Part shown: positions 17,558 to 27,727 of the stretch, piece by piece
Numbering within the stretch: position 1 is the first letter of the stretch
Layout of the letters: every line of letters begins with the position of its first letter
Assembly (NCBI GenBank): GCA_040752025.1
Contig: JBFMFR010000002.1
Location: forward strand, 34,232-98,231
Length of the DNA: 64,000 nucleotides
Direction of reading: 5' to 3'
Source of the DNA: Chloroflexota bacterium
GTDB taxonomy: Bacteria; Chloroflexota; Anaerolineae; Anaerolineales; UBA4823
Notes under the pieces: generated by a model
What the model was told of the DNA's origin: nothing
The model's database searches: none
Seen by the model: only the letters and a program-made list of their open reading frames with translations
Made by a program: the position numbers and the translations under genes

Positions 17558-19321
17558 TCAGGAACGGCGCAGGTAAGCCACCAGCACCACCGCCGCCGCC
17601 GCCAGCAGCACCAGCAGCAGCGTGACGCCGCAGCACAGGCCGGAGAACAGCATCAGGCGGGCGGTAGAAGTGTTCGCTGGTGTGGGGGTTGGCGTAGGGG
17701 TGGCGCTTGGCAGCGGCGTGATCGTAGGCCTGGGCTTTTCCTGCGTGCCCACCACCACGCTGAAGAGCGAGCCGCTTTCAGGCGTATCGTTGCCCCGCAC
17801 TCTCGCCGACCACTGCCCCGCCGCGGGGTTCTCGATCAACACCAGTTGCACGTTCTCATCCTTCTTGATGCTGACCTCGGACGAACTCTGGTCCAGCACC
17901 CGGCCAGTCGGGTCGAGGATTTCCAGGTCCAGGTCGCCCACCAGGTAGGTCAGTGTCAGGCTGAGTGAGGCGGTGTTCTCGAGCACTTCGAAAGTGCCCG
18001 CCTCGGCGGTCTGGCCCTTGAACACCCGGCTGGTGAAGCTCCGCACGTTCTCGGAGATCAGCCCCTGGCGGCAGGCGACGAAGAATGAAACCAGCTCCTG
18101 CCCGGAGCGGGCGAAGACATACTCTCCCTGGGTGTCGTCGGCCAGACCACGCAGCAGTTCCGCGTCTACATCCGTCTCCTGGCTGCCAAAGCCCACGCTG
18201 CACACCCGCGTCTTGAGCTGGTTGGCCTGGGGCGGGATTTGCTGGCGAATCTGCTCGGCGGTCAGCCCGGTGTTGGTCTGCCCATCGCTGAGCAGGATGA
18301 TGGCTGCTGGCTGGCCGGAGCGCAGGTTGGCGCGCAGTTCGTCCAGGGCCAGGGTCAGCCCGGCGCCCATGTTGGTGGCGTCCAGCGGCTGCAAGGCATC
18401 GATCTGCTGCTCTAACTGGGTGTAATCCTCAGTGAGAGACTGGCGGTTAGCGCCCTGCGTGGCGAAAGTCACCAGCCCGACCCGCGTCTGCCGGCCGGAA
18501 GCCAGCGCGTCCAGGCGGGAGAGATCCAGCATGGTCAGGGCTGACTGTTTGGCCAGGTCCAACCGGCTGGGGTAGCCCAGCTCCTTGGCGCGTTTGTCCA
18601 GATCCTCCTGAACCTGGTAATAGTTCTCGTTTTGGAGCAGCTCAGAATACTGCTTGGAGACCTCAGCATACCCCAGGGCCTCACGCGCCTGCTGGTAAGC
18701 CTGGTAGCGCTCGTCTCGGCTGGTTTTGAGATCCTGGTAAGCGCTGTTCGACAGGAAACCCAGCGCATTTTGAACGGCAGCGCGCAATTGGGGAGTGACG
18801 CCCACGCTCTGGCAGGCCGAATTCAGGATTTTGTCGGCATCCTCCAGGCTGTCCGCCGAGACCAGCGAATAAGCCCAGCTCTCGTTACAACCGGCGTCTT
18901 TGAGCTGCGTCTGAATCGTGCTGCGAATTTCATAGCTGTAGCCGTAACCGTTGGCGTTGAGCCAATCTTCAACGGCCAGGTTGGCTTGTTCGTACTGGCC
19001 GCGGGCCGCAGCTACCTGGGGGTCCTTTTCGATCTCTGCCATGTGCTCGGTCAGGCGTTTGTATTCCGGCGAGTTCTCGATCGCCTGGATACGGTCGCGC
19101 AGTTCGGCCAGGTCGGCGGGCAAATCGTCGGGCAGGACGATCGTGCCCATGCTGCCGGAAATATCGATGACCAACTCGATCTGTGGATTTAGAACCTCTG
19201 TCTGCAAACTGGGGAGATGAGAGCGCCCAGCGGGAGGGTGCTCATAGGGGATACCTCCCAGGCCGGAAAAAGCCAGGAACCAACCCAGCACGAAGAACCA
19301 ACGCAGCGCAGCCTTTGACAT
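17558..19321 (-). CDS. Membrane-anchored VWA-domain protein with large insertion after the MIDAS motif
   Basis: DISGS MIDAS (aa 53-57), RVGLVTF (aa 280-286) and LLSDGQTN. N-terminal signal/TM, PTPTPTP linker and a C-terminal TM. Confidence 0.75.
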   Translation of the reverse strand: MSKAALRWFFVLGWFLAFSGLGGIPYEHPPAGRSHLPSLQTEVLNPQIELVIDISGSMGTIVLPDDLPADLAELRDRIQAIENSPEYKRLTEHMAEIEKDPQVAAARGQYEQANLAVEDWLNANGYGYSYEIRSTIQTQLKDAGCNESWAYSLVSADSLEDADKILNSACQSVGVTPQLRAAVQNALGFLSNSAYQDLKTSRDERYQAYQQAREALGYAEVSKQYSELLQNENYYQVQEDLDKRAKELGYPSRLDLAKQSALTMLDLSRLDALASGRQTRVGLVTFATQGANRQSLTEDYTQLEQQIDALQPLDATNMGAGLTLALDELRANLRSGQPAAIILLSDGQTNTGLTAEQIRQQIPPQANQLKTRVCSVGFGSQETDVDAELLRGLADDTQGEYVFARSGQELVSFFVACRQGLISENVRSFTSRVFKGQTAEAGTFEVLENTASLSLTLTYLVGDLDLEILDPTGRVLDQSSSEVSIKKDENVQLVLIENPAAGQWSARVRGNDTPESGSLFSVVVGTQEKPRPTITPLPSATPTPTPTPANTSTARLMLFSGLCCGVTLLLVLLAAAAVVLVAYLRRS

Positions 19322-19421
19322 AGATACCCTCCCGAATCAATTCCAAAGCCAGGGCTGCCCGGAGGCTGGGTGCACAGGTTTCCCCCCATGCTGCCAAATT
19401 ACGCTGTAACGTGAGAGCCAG

Positions 19422-21128
19422 TTATTCCTGCTCGACTGGCTCCAGTGGGGCAGGCTCTGGTAAAACCAGGGGGAAGACCACGGTAAACGTGCTGCCTTGC
19501 CCCTCCTGGCTGTCCAGGCGGATCTCGCCGCCCATGATCTCCACCAGTCTGCTGACGATCGATAGGCCCAGGCCGGTGCCGCCGCGCTTGCTCACCAGGG
19601 CATTGCTCACCTGGTAGAACGGCTCGAAAATGTGGGGCAGTGCATCATTGGGAATACCGATGCCGGTATCCGAGACTTCCAGCGCCCAGTGCCCCGCATC
19701 CTGCTGGTAACAGCGCACCCTGACCTGGCCCCGTTCGGTGAACTTGACCGCATTGGTTACCAGGTTGTTCAAAATCTGGTTCAGGCGATGGATATCGCCC
19801 ACCAATTGGTCCGGCAGCGCCGGGTCGAGGTAGAAGGACAGCGCCAGATCCTTGGACTGTGCAGCAGGAGCAACTAATTCCTGTTGCCCGTCGAGCAGAT
19901 CCTGCGGGAAGAAAGCTGCCTTGTGGATAGTCACTTTCCCTGCTTCGATCTGGGCCTGATCCAACAAGTCATCCACCAGGTGTTTGAGCCTCTGGGCATT
20001 GGACATGACACGCACGATAAGATCTTGCTGCTTTTCATTTAGCGGGCCGTGCACGTGGTGCTGCAAAATCTCCACCAGGCCCAGGATCGCGTTGAGCGGA
20101 GAGCGCAGATCGTGAGAGACCATGGCCACGAAAGCGCTCTTCATCCGGCTGACCTCCACTTCACGGGTGACATCATGAAAAACGGCCACCTTGCCGATGT
20201 TTTCGCCCGAATCCAGGGATACCGGGGAAACGCTCACCGAAAGGATTTTCGCATCCCAATCCACGTTGAGAGGCGCCTCCCCAGGCATCTCAAACAAAGC
20301 CTGGAGTGTCGCCTGTTGCGCCTGGGGAGTCACCAACTGGATCCACTCATCCATCGCCAGTCCGCTCATGTCCGAGGTTTGTTGGCCGGTCAATTGAGCC
20401 AGCGCCGGGTTGGCAATGATGGTTTGCCCTTCCGCATCGAAAACCACCACACCATCGGCAATGCTCTGCAAGATCGCCTGGCGCTTGCCGGCATCGGCGC
20501 GCTCGCGCTCGTAAGCGAGGTTCAGTTCGCGGGTGCGGTCAGCCACGCGCTGGTCCAACTCCTGGTTGATCAAGCGCAGTTCCTTCAGCGCCTGTTCCAG
20601 GCCTTGCGTAGCCAGCCAGGCGACCAGGGCCACAACCATGAACAAAGCTGCCGTAGGGAAATTAAAGGGCTCCTGGATGCTTTGAGCCAGCCAGGCATGC
20701 AGCAGGATTATCAACCCAGCAGAAACCAGGCTGGCCGAAGGGCGGATCAGCACGCCAGCCAGGATGATCGGCAAAACGTAATTGATGACCGAGCGCCCCT
20801 GGATGAGCTGGAAAGTGTCATCGCTGACGGTGATCAGAACCGTCAAAAGCACCAGCAACAGAGCGCTGGCCAAACGCGCCGACCAGCGCCGACCAACCCA
20901 GTAGATGACGACCAGCATGACCAGAGCTGAGGTGACCGCCATCAGCAACCTGTAACCGGGGTCGATCGCCTGCACACTCTCGGTTGAAACCACAGAGACG
21001 ATGTAGGCCACCAGGGTTACGACCACAGCGGCCTCCAGCATCACCAGGATGATGTTGAGCAGCCGGCTGCGGCGGCTTTCGTCTGGGTCAATGGAGGGGA
21101 TATCAATCAGTCGGTGCCACAGATTCAT
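19422..21128 (-). CDS. Sensor histidine kinase (multi-TM, PAS, HisKA, HATPase_c)
   Basis: H-box SHDLRSPLNAI, N-box NLVTNAVKFT and G-boxes DTGIGI / GGTGLGLSI. No response regulator is adjacent. Confidence 0.9.
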   Translation of the reverse strand: MNLWHRLIDIPSIDPDESRRSRLLNIILVMLEAAVVVTLVAYIVSVVSTESVQAIDPGYRLLMAVTSALVMLVVIYWVGRRWSARLASALLLVLLTVLITVSDDTFQLIQGRSVINYVLPIILAGVLIRPSASLVSAGLIILLHAWLAQSIQEPFNFPTAALFMVVALVAWLATQGLEQALKELRLINQELDQRVADRTRELNLAYERERADAGKRQAILQSIADGVVVFDAEGQTIIANPALAQLTGQQTSDMSGLAMDEWIQLVTPQAQQATLQALFEMPGEAPLNVDWDAKILSVSVSPVSLDSGENIGKVAVFHDVTREVEVSRMKSAFVAMVSHDLRSPLNAILGLVEILQHHVHGPLNEKQQDLIVRVMSNAQRLKHLVDDLLDQAQIEAGKVTIHKAAFFPQDLLDGQQELVAPAAQSKDLALSFYLDPALPDQLVGDIHRLNQILNNLVTNAVKFTERGQVRVRCYQQDAGHWALEVSDTGIGIPNDALPHIFEPFYQVSNALVSKRGGTGLGLSIVSRLVEIMGGEIRLDSQEGQGSTFTVVFPLVLPEPAPLEPVEQE

Positions 21129-21191
21129 GGGAACAGTTCCGTCGCGCCTGATTATATCGCAAAGCAGCAGGGTATTGAGGATAAAGACGGG

Positions 21192-21230
21192 CTAAAATCA
21201 AAACGCCCAGGGAGATGATCCCCGGGCGTT
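21192..21230 (-). terminator. Intrinsic terminator downstream of clpC
   Basis: Stem AACGCCCGGGG/CCCTGGGCGTT (one mismatch). On the minus strand it is followed by TTTTGATTTT. Confidence 0.6.
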
Positions 21231-21250
21231 GTACCTGAAGATAAACTGTC

Positions 21251-23779
21251 TTATCCTGCCGCTACCGGCTCGGTCGGCTCGGTCGGCGAGGCCAGTTCGC
21301 CTTCCTGGCGAGACAAAACTACTTCGTCCTCCACCAGGTCGATCAGAATGGTATTCCCATCCTGGAACGTACCGGAAAGCAAAGCATCGGAAAGGGGGTC
21401 TTCGACTTTTTGCTGGATCACCCGGCGCAACGGGCGCGCCCCCATGTCGGGGTCGAAACCGAGGTCGGCCAAGCGCTCCAGGGCCTGGGGCGTAGCATCC
21501 AGGGTAATGGCGTGGTCTTCCAATCGTTGGGCGACTTTGTGCAATTCCAATTCGACAATCTGCTGGATGTCCTCCTTGTTCAAGGAGCGGAAGACAATCA
21601 CCGAATCCAGGCGGTTGATGAATTCCGGGCGGAAGACGCGCTTGAGCGAATCGAGCAGTTTCTTGCGCATATCCTCGTAAGCCAGGCGTTCCTCGACAAC
21701 CTCGTCGCGCTTGAGCGAGAAACCCAGCGAAGATTGGCGCTTGATCATATCCGCGCCGACGTTGGAAGTCATGACGATGATGGCGTTGCGGAAATCGACC
21801 TTGCGCCCGCGCGCATCCGAGAGATGGCCTTCTTCCATGATCTGGAGCAGCATGTTGTGCGCCTCGGGGTGGGCCTTCTCGACCTCATCGAAAACAACGA
21901 TGGAGTAGGGCCGGCGGCGCAGCGCTTCGGTCAGTTGCCCGGATTCTTCATAGCCAATGTAGCCGGGAGGGGCGCCCACCAGGCGGCTGACCGTGTGGCG
22001 TTCCATGAACTCAGACATGTCCAGTTGGATGAGGGCTTCCTCGCTGCCGAACATGAAGCGCGCCAGGGCCTTGGTCAGCTCGGTCTTGCCTACGCCGGTA
22101 GGTCCCAGGAAAATGAAGGAGCCAATCGGGCGGCGCGGGTCTTTGAGCCCGGCACGCGCCCGGCGCACCGCCTTGGCGATAGCCTGGATGGCTTCTTCCT
22201 GCCCGATGATGTGCTTACGAAGTTCGTCTTCCATCTGCAACAGGCGCTGGGATTCCTCCTGGGCGATCTGCATAACGGGCACGCCAGTCCACATGGAGAC
22301 CACCTCGGCGATATCCTGGGCGGTGACCACCGGGCTGTTGGCACGATCCCAACCGGTGCGCAGGCGTTCCAACTGCACTTCGAGAGCTTCCTGGCGCTCC
22401 AGGAAGTCCTGGGCGTCATCGTTGCGGCCGTCTTCCAGGGCCAGGGAGCGGTTGCCGCGGATTTCGCGCAACTGCTCGGTAAGTTCCTTGGCCTTGTGGG
22501 CCGCGTCACTCTTGTACATGCGCACGCGCGAAGAAGATTCATCGATCAAGTCGATGGCCTTGTCGGGCAGGAATCGCTCGGTTACGTAGCGTGCCGAGAG
22601 TTGAGCAGCCGCGTCCAGGGCGGCATCCGAGATGGTCAGGCGGTGATGTTCTTCATAAGCGTTACGCACACCGCGCAGGATCTCGATGGTCTCATCGATC
22701 GTAGGTTCGTCGACGACAATCGGTTGGAAGCGGCGTTCGAGGGCCGCGTCACTTTCGATATGTTTGCGATATTCGTTCAAAGTGGTCGCGCCGATCACCT
22801 GCAGCTCGCCGCGCGATAGAGCCGGCTTGAGGATATTGGCGGCATCCACCGAGGAACCCGCCGCGCCTGCGCCCACCAGCATATGCACTTCGTCGATGAA
22901 CAGGATGGCGCCGGAGGATTTCAATTCCTCGATGACACGCTTGAGACGCTCCTCGAACTGGCCGCGGTACATAGTGCCCGCTACCAGGGAGCCCACGTCA
23001 AGCTGGAGCACATGCTTATCGAGTAAAGGCGCGGGCACATCGCCTTCGATGATGCGCTGCGCCAATCCTTCAACAATAGCGGTCTTGCCAACGCCTGGCT
23101 CGCCGATCAGAGCAGGGTTGTTCTTCGTTCGGCGGGCCAGGATCTGGATAACGCGCTCGATCTCCATCTGGCGGCCGATGACAGGGTCGAGCTTGCCTTC
23201 CTCCGCCAGGCCGGTCAAATCCGTAGCAAGCTGATCGACCATCGGCGTCTTGGGCTTCTGTTGTTCCTGGCGGCTGCCCGCCGGCGATTTTTGCTGCCCT
23301 TGCTGCTGCTCGGTAGACGCGCCTGTCCGGCGCGAAGCGCTGCTTTCCTGCAAGACGCGCCGCGTCTGGCGGCGAATTTGCTCAGCGCTGACGCCTAACT
23401 TGCGCAGCACATCCATGGCGATGCCTTCGCCATGCCGTACCAGGCCCAGCAAAAGATGCTCAGTGCCAATATAGTGGTGGCCCATTCGCCGGGCTTCTTC
23501 GACCGCATATTCCAACACCTGCTGCGTGCCAGGGGAGAGATCCAGCTTACCGCCGCGATACTGGCCGGGACCAGTCAAACGTTCAACGATCTCTTGAACG
23601 CGATTCTCCTCCAAGCCTAACTCCCGCAAGACCCGTCCAGCTACGCCCCCTTCTTCGCGGATCAAACCCAAGAGCAGGTGCTCTGTTCCAATATAATTAT
23701 GGCGCATGCGCTCAGCTTCCTGGTGTGCCAGACTGAGAACCCGCCGCGCCCGCTGTGTAAATCGTTCCATACCAGCCAC
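21251..23779 (-). CDS. clpC: ATP-dependent Clp protease ATP-binding subunit ClpC
   Basis: Double Clp_N repeats, two AAA+ modules ([16 protein letters not shown]) and a UVR-like middle segment. GTG start with GGAGG 6 nt upstream. Confidence 0.92.
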   Translation of the reverse strand: MAGMERFTQRARRVLSLAHQEAERMRHNYIGTEHLLLGLIREEGGVAGRVLRELGLEENRVQEIVERLTGPGQYRGGKLDLSPGTQQVLEYAVEEARRMGHHYIGTEHLLLGLVRHGEGIAMDVLRKLGVSAEQIRRQTRRVLQESSASRRTGASTEQQQGQQKSPAGSRQEQQKPKTPMVDQLATDLTGLAEEGKLDPVIGRQMEIERVIQILARRTKNNPALIGEPGVGKTAIVEGLAQRIIEGDVPAPLLDKHVLQLDVGSLVAGTMYRGQFEERLKRVIEELKSSGAILFIDEVHMLVGAGAAGSSVDAANILKPALSRGELQVIGATTLNEYRKHIESDAALERRFQPIVVDEPTIDETIEILRGVRNAYEEHHRLTISDAALDAAAQLSARYVTERFLPDKAIDLIDESSSRVRMYKSDAAHKAKELTEQLREIRGNRSLALEDGRNDDAQDFLERQEALEVQLERLRTGWDRANSPVVTAQDIAEVVSMWTGVPVMQIAQEESQRLLQMEDELRKHIIGQEEAIQAIAKAVRRARAGLKDPRRPIGSFIFLGPTGVGKTELTKALARFMFGSEEALIQLDMSEFMERHTVSRLVGAPPGYIGYEESGQLTEALRRRPYSIVVFDEVEKAHPEAHNMLLQIMEEGHLSDARGRKVDFRNAIIVMTSNVGADMIKRQSSLGFSLKRDEVVEERLAYEDMRKKLLDSLKRVFRPEFINRLDSVIVFRSLNKEDIQQIVELELHKVAQRLEDHAITLDATPQALERLADLGFDPDMGARPLRRVIQQKVEDPLSDALLSGTFQDGNTILIDLVEDEVVLSRQEGELASPTEPTEPVAAG

Positions 23780-23992
23780 GGTAAGCCTCCTGAAAGACCG
23801 CTACCTTGTAAGGGTACCTAACAGTGATTATGAGACATTTTGTCCGATTGGATTCTACCAGAGAATACCCAGCATGCATGCTTTTTTGGGTTAGAGGCTA
23901 TTAAGGTTAATATAACTCTTACAATTTGGGTAGGCACATCAAAACCAACCGGATTGAGGCAAAGAACAAAGGATAATGGAGATTGAGCAAAT

Positions 23993-24024
23993 AAAAAGAG
24001 CACGCAGAAGAGCGCGCTCTTTTT
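23993..24024 (-). terminator. Intrinsic terminator downstream of rpsA
   Basis: 13-bp stem with one mismatch (AAAAAGAGCACGC/GCGCGCTCTTTTT). On the minus strand the stem is followed by a T-run. Confidence 0.6.
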
Positions 24025-24057
24025 CTACGTCAGGATCATTCAGCAGCAAGCCGGATT

Positions 24058-25386
24058 TTATTCGTCCTGCGGCTCGGAGACATCTTCAGGTGTCTCCTCT
24101 ACTGTCTCCTCTACTATCTCCTCTGCAATTTCCTCCGGCGCTTCTTCCTCATCCGGTTGAACCTTGCCAACCTCATCGGCCAGGGCCATCTTCCAGTCCA
24201 GGTCGGCGTAAGCAGGGGAGTCGACTTTGCGCAGGCTCAAACCGATGCGGCGGCGCTCCAGATCGATCTTGATCACGCGCAGGGTGACAGTATCCCCCTC
24301 TTTGACCACCTCTTTGGGATGGTTGACACGGCCTTCGCTCAACTCAGACACGTGAACCAGACCTTCCAGGTCATCACCAATGCGGGCAAAGGCGCCAAAC
24401 TTGGTAAGGTGAGTGATCGTGCCTTCCACCAGCATGCCCTCTTTGAGATGCCCAACCTTTTGCGACCAGGGATCCTCCTGCAACTGGCGCATAGACAGGC
24501 CAATGCGGCGGCGCTCGCGGTCCACGCTGATCACCTTGACTTCAACTTCCTGCCCGACCTTGAGCACCTCGTTGGGGTGCTGGATGCGCTCCCAGGTGAT
24601 CTCAGACAGGTGCACCAGGCCATCAGCGCCATCGATGTTGACAAAAGCGCCGAAGTCTGCCAGGCTGGTGACGCGCCCTTTGCGAATTGTGCCTTCTTGC
24701 AGTTCTTCGAGCAGACGATCTTTGAGGGTTTCGCGGGTCTCCTGCAGCGCCAGGCGCTCGGAGAGGATCAGGCGGCGGCGGCCACGATCGACCTCGATCA
24801 CACGCACCCGGATATCTTCGCCCACCATCTTGCTGTAGCGCTGCTCGGCGTTCTCACCAACCGAAGGACGGCGCAGCAAGCTGATCTGGGAGGCGGGGAC
24901 AAAACCACGCAACTGACCCAAGGGGACAATTAAGCCACCTTTATTGTATCCAATCACTTTGCTCTCGAACGCGTCGTTGGTTTCGAGCAAACCTTCGACC
25001 ATTTCCCAATCCTTCTCTTCGCGTGCACGCAGGTAGGAAAGGACAACGTTACCATTCTGGTCTTCAGGGGCGATGACGAAAACGGGGATATCCTGGCCAA
25101 CCTGGAAAAGTTCCCGCTCTTCATCAGGAATCTGTTCCAATTCTCGGCCAGAAATGACACCTTCGGACTTGGTGCCGATGCTGACTAAAATCTCGTTCTC
25201 GCGGATGGTGGCGATAACTCCCTGGCGGATTTCGCCTTGGTTCGGGAAGTCCAGGCTGAGACCCTCCTCCAAAAGCGTCTGCATGGTCGCACTATCTTGA
25301 GCAGGCTGCTCGGCGGGTGCGACTGCATTGATTTGGTTGTTTTCAGGCTCTGCCTCTTGCCCTGTAAGGGCGTTGATGTGGTTCAT
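24058..25386 (-). CDS. rpsA: 30S ribosomal protein S1
   Basis: Tandem S1 domains (repeated G..V.G.V..I..FGAFV blocks) and an acidic C-terminal tail. Confidence 0.9.
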   Translation of the reverse strand: MNHINALTGQEAEPENNQINAVAPAEQPAQDSATMQTLLEEGLSLDFPNQGEIRQGVIATIRENEILVSIGTKSEGVISGRELEQIPDEERELFQVGQDIPVFVIAPEDQNGNVVLSYLRAREEKDWEMVEGLLETNDAFESKVIGYNKGGLIVPLGQLRGFVPASQISLLRRPSVGENAEQRYSKMVGEDIRVRVIEVDRGRRRLILSERLALQETRETLKDRLLEELQEGTIRKGRVTSLADFGAFVNIDGADGLVHLSEITWERIQHPNEVLKVGQEVEVKVISVDRERRRIGLSMRQLQEDPWSQKVGHLKEGMLVEGTITHLTKFGAFARIGDDLEGLVHVSELSEGRVNHPKEVVKEGDTVTLRVIKIDLERRRIGLSLRKVDSPAYADLDWKMALADEVGKVQPDEEEAPEEIAEEIVEETVEETPEDVSEPQDE

Positions 25387-25619
25387 ATTCTTACTAGCTC
25401 CAGTTTGCGGATAATATAGATAGGTTATTATAAATGTGAAAGGTCAACTTGGCAACCTTTATGATAAGATTAAGATTCGTGGAACATTGTTTAAGATTAT
25501 CCTGCGAGAGGCAGATTCGGGATTAAAATGGGTGTGCACACAGCCGCCCCCTGGGTGTAGCCTGTTGGTGCGCCACCGTTTTCCCCTGGCGCTGATCGTC
25601 AGGAAGCTTCGAGGAGCCA

Positions 25620-26717
25620 ATGCCGCCTATTTATCCATTTACTGCAATCGTTGGCCAGGAGCGCATGAAACGCGCCCTGGTGCTCAACGCTGTTGACCCT
25701 CGCATCGGCGGGGTCCTGATCCGGGGCGAACGCGGCACCGCCAAGTCCACCGCGGCGCGCGCCATGGCCGCCCTGCTGCCTCAAATCCAGGTGTTCAGTG
25801 ATTCGCCCTTCAACGACGACCCCGAAGCTCCCAATACTTGGTCGGACTGGGTCAAAGAACAGGTAAGCAGCGGCAAGGAACTGGTCGTCGAAACGCGCCG
25901 CATTCGCTTCGTTGATCTTCCAGTCAGCGCTACCGAGGATCGTGTCGTCGGCACCCTGGATATCGAAAAGGCCATCCAGAAAGGCGAACGCCACTTCGAA
26001 GCGGGCGTCCTGGCAGCCGCCAACCGCGGCTTGCTTTACATCGACGAAGTCAACCTGCTGGACGATCACGTGGTGGATCTGCTGCTGGACTCGGCCGCCA
26101 TGGGCGTGAACATCGTCGAGCGCGAAGGCATTTCCTTCTCACACCCGGCGCGCTTCATCCTGGTGGGCACAATGAACCCTGAAGAAGGCGATCTACGCCC
26201 GCAGTTGCTGGACCGCTTCGCCCTTTCGGTAGAGATTCACGGCATCCGCGATGCGCGCGAGCGCGTGCTGATCATGCAGCGCAACCTGGGGTTCGAGGCC
26301 GATCCGGATGGCTTCTACCAGGAATGGGCCCCCCGCGAACAGGAACTCTCACGGCAGATCGAGCAGGCGCGCACACTGTTGGGCGAGGTCAAGTACAACA
26401 ACCGCGACTTGCTCTCCATTGCTGCCCTGACTGCCTCCCTGAATGTGGACGGGCATCGCTCCGACCTGGTGATTTTGAAGACCGCCCGCGCCCACGCCGC
26501 CTTCGAACAGCGTGTGAACATCACCGATCGCGACATTGCCCTGGCGGCGGAGCTGGCCCTGCCTCATCGCATCAAGCGCGGGCCGTTCCACCAGGCAGAA
26601 ATCAGCATGGATGATTTGCAGGAGCGCATCGAGCAACTGCAAGGGGCAACCGCCAACCAGGGCGAGCCTGAGTTGAAGCCCGAGGAAAAGGCCGAAGCGC
26701 AAAAAAAAACGCGGTGA
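25620..26717 (+). CDS. BchI/ChlI-like AAA+ ATPase (chelatase I-subunit family)
   Basis: YPFTAIVGQERMKRAL, Walker A GERGTAKST and Walker B LYIDEVNLL. GAGGAG lies upstream of the ATG. Confidence 0.85.
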   Translation: MPPIYPFTAIVGQERMKRALVLNAVDPRIGGVLIRGERGTAKSTAARAMAALLPQIQVFSDSPFNDDPEAPNTWSDWVKEQVSSGKELVVETRRIRFVDLPVSATEDRVVGTLDIEKAIQKGERHFEAGVLAAANRGLLYIDEVNLLDDHVVDLLLDSAAMGVNIVEREGISFSHPARFILVGTMNPEEGDLRPQLLDRFALSVEIHGIRDARERVLIMQRNLGFEADPDGFYQEWAPREQELSRQIEQARTLLGEVKYNNRDLLSIAALTASLNVDGHRSDLVILKTARAHAAFEQRVNITDRDIALAAELALPHRIKRGPFHQAEISMDDLQERIEQLQGATANQGEPELKPEEKAEAQKKTR

Positions 26718-27667
26718 CGGTCTCGACTGAACTGAAAACTGAAGAACCCAGCCAGGCCACACCAGAGCCCTCCAAGCAGAACGTTTTCGACACGCTCAGC
26801 GCTAACTGGTGGGAAGGCGGCGAAAAGGTCAAGATCGGGCAGACCTTCACGCCGCGCAGAATCGATAACCCGCTCGACCGCATCACCCGCCGTCATGGAG
26901 GCCGGCGCTCGCGCACTCGCACGGAACGCAAGCGCGGGCGCTACATCCAATCCCGGCCGGCGAACGGCAAGACCAACGATCTGGCCTTCGACGCCACCTT
27001 GCGCGCCGCCGCCCCGCACCAGAAAGACCGCAGCGAGCAGCGCAAGCGCGTCGCCTTTGCGATCCAATCCAGCGATTTCCAGCGCAAGATCCGCGTGAAG
27101 AAGGCTGCCAACCTGATCCTGTTCGTGGTAGACGCCTCCTGGTCGATGGCCGTGGCCGAGCGCATGTCGGCCACCAAGGGCGCCATCCTATCCCTGCTGA
27201 CCGACGCTTACCAGCGGCGCGACCGGGTGGGCCTGGTGGTGTTCCAGAAGAACCGCGCCACGCTGATCCTGCCGCCAACCAACTCGGTGCAGCTCGCCCA
27301 ACGCGCCCTGGCAGACATCCCGGTGGGAGGCAAAACGCCGCTCTCGGCCGGGCTGTTCATGGCCCACGAAGTCATTGCCCGTGAGCGTGTGCTGCACCCA
27401 GACGTGAACCCACTGATTATCCTGCTCACCGACGGCGCCGGCAACGTGGCGATGAGCGCCTTACCCCCACAGGAAGAAGCCAAACGCCTGGCGCAGCAGA
27501 TCAGCGCCGATGAAATCCGCAGCGTGGTGATCAACATGGAACACGCCGCCTTCGACCAGGGTCTGGCGCAAAACCTGGCGCAGAACCTGGATGCCCCATG
27601 CTATACCCTCAGCGAACTGAAGGCCGAGACCCTGTACCAGAAAGTACGTGAAGAGATGAAAGCCTAA
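26714..27667 (+). CDS. VWA-domain protein equivalent to the linker plus C-terminal half of BchD/ChlD
   Basis: DLAFDATLRAAAPHQ linker motif, MIDAS DASWS, RDRVGLVVF, GGKTPL and LLTDGAGN. GTGA overlap with the upstream stop. Confidence 0.8.
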   Translation: MTVSTELKTEEPSQATPEPSKQNVFDTLSANWWEGGEKVKIGQTFTPRRIDNPLDRITRRHGGRRSRTRTERKRGRYIQSRPANGKTNDLAFDATLRAAAPHQKDRSEQRKRVAFAIQSSDFQRKIRVKKAANLILFVVDASWSMAVAERMSATKGAILSLLTDAYQRRDRVGLVVFQKNRATLILPPTNSVQLAQRALADIPVGGKTPLSAGLFMAHEVIARERVLHPDVNPLIILLTDGAGNVAMSALPPQEEAKRLAQQISADEIRSVVINMEHAAFDQGLAQNLAQNLDAPCYTLSELKAETLYQKVREEMKA

Positions 27668-27727
27668 ACCTTCCCGCTTCCAGGGCCTGCTGAACCATGA
27701 TATGATTCATACCTGGAGAGTGAACAC

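Noticed and set aside
21410-22819. 469-aa plus-strand ORF inside clpC
   Set aside because: It is antisense to clpC, which has clear double AAA+ motifs. Shadow ORF.
25620-27667. Calling the pair a bacteriochlorophyll Mg-chelatase (bchI/bchD) or cobalt chelatase
   Set aside because: No H/N large-subunit gene and no pigment or cobalamin genes are in the window. The D-like gene also lacks its AAA+ half. Only family membership can be supported, not the pathway.
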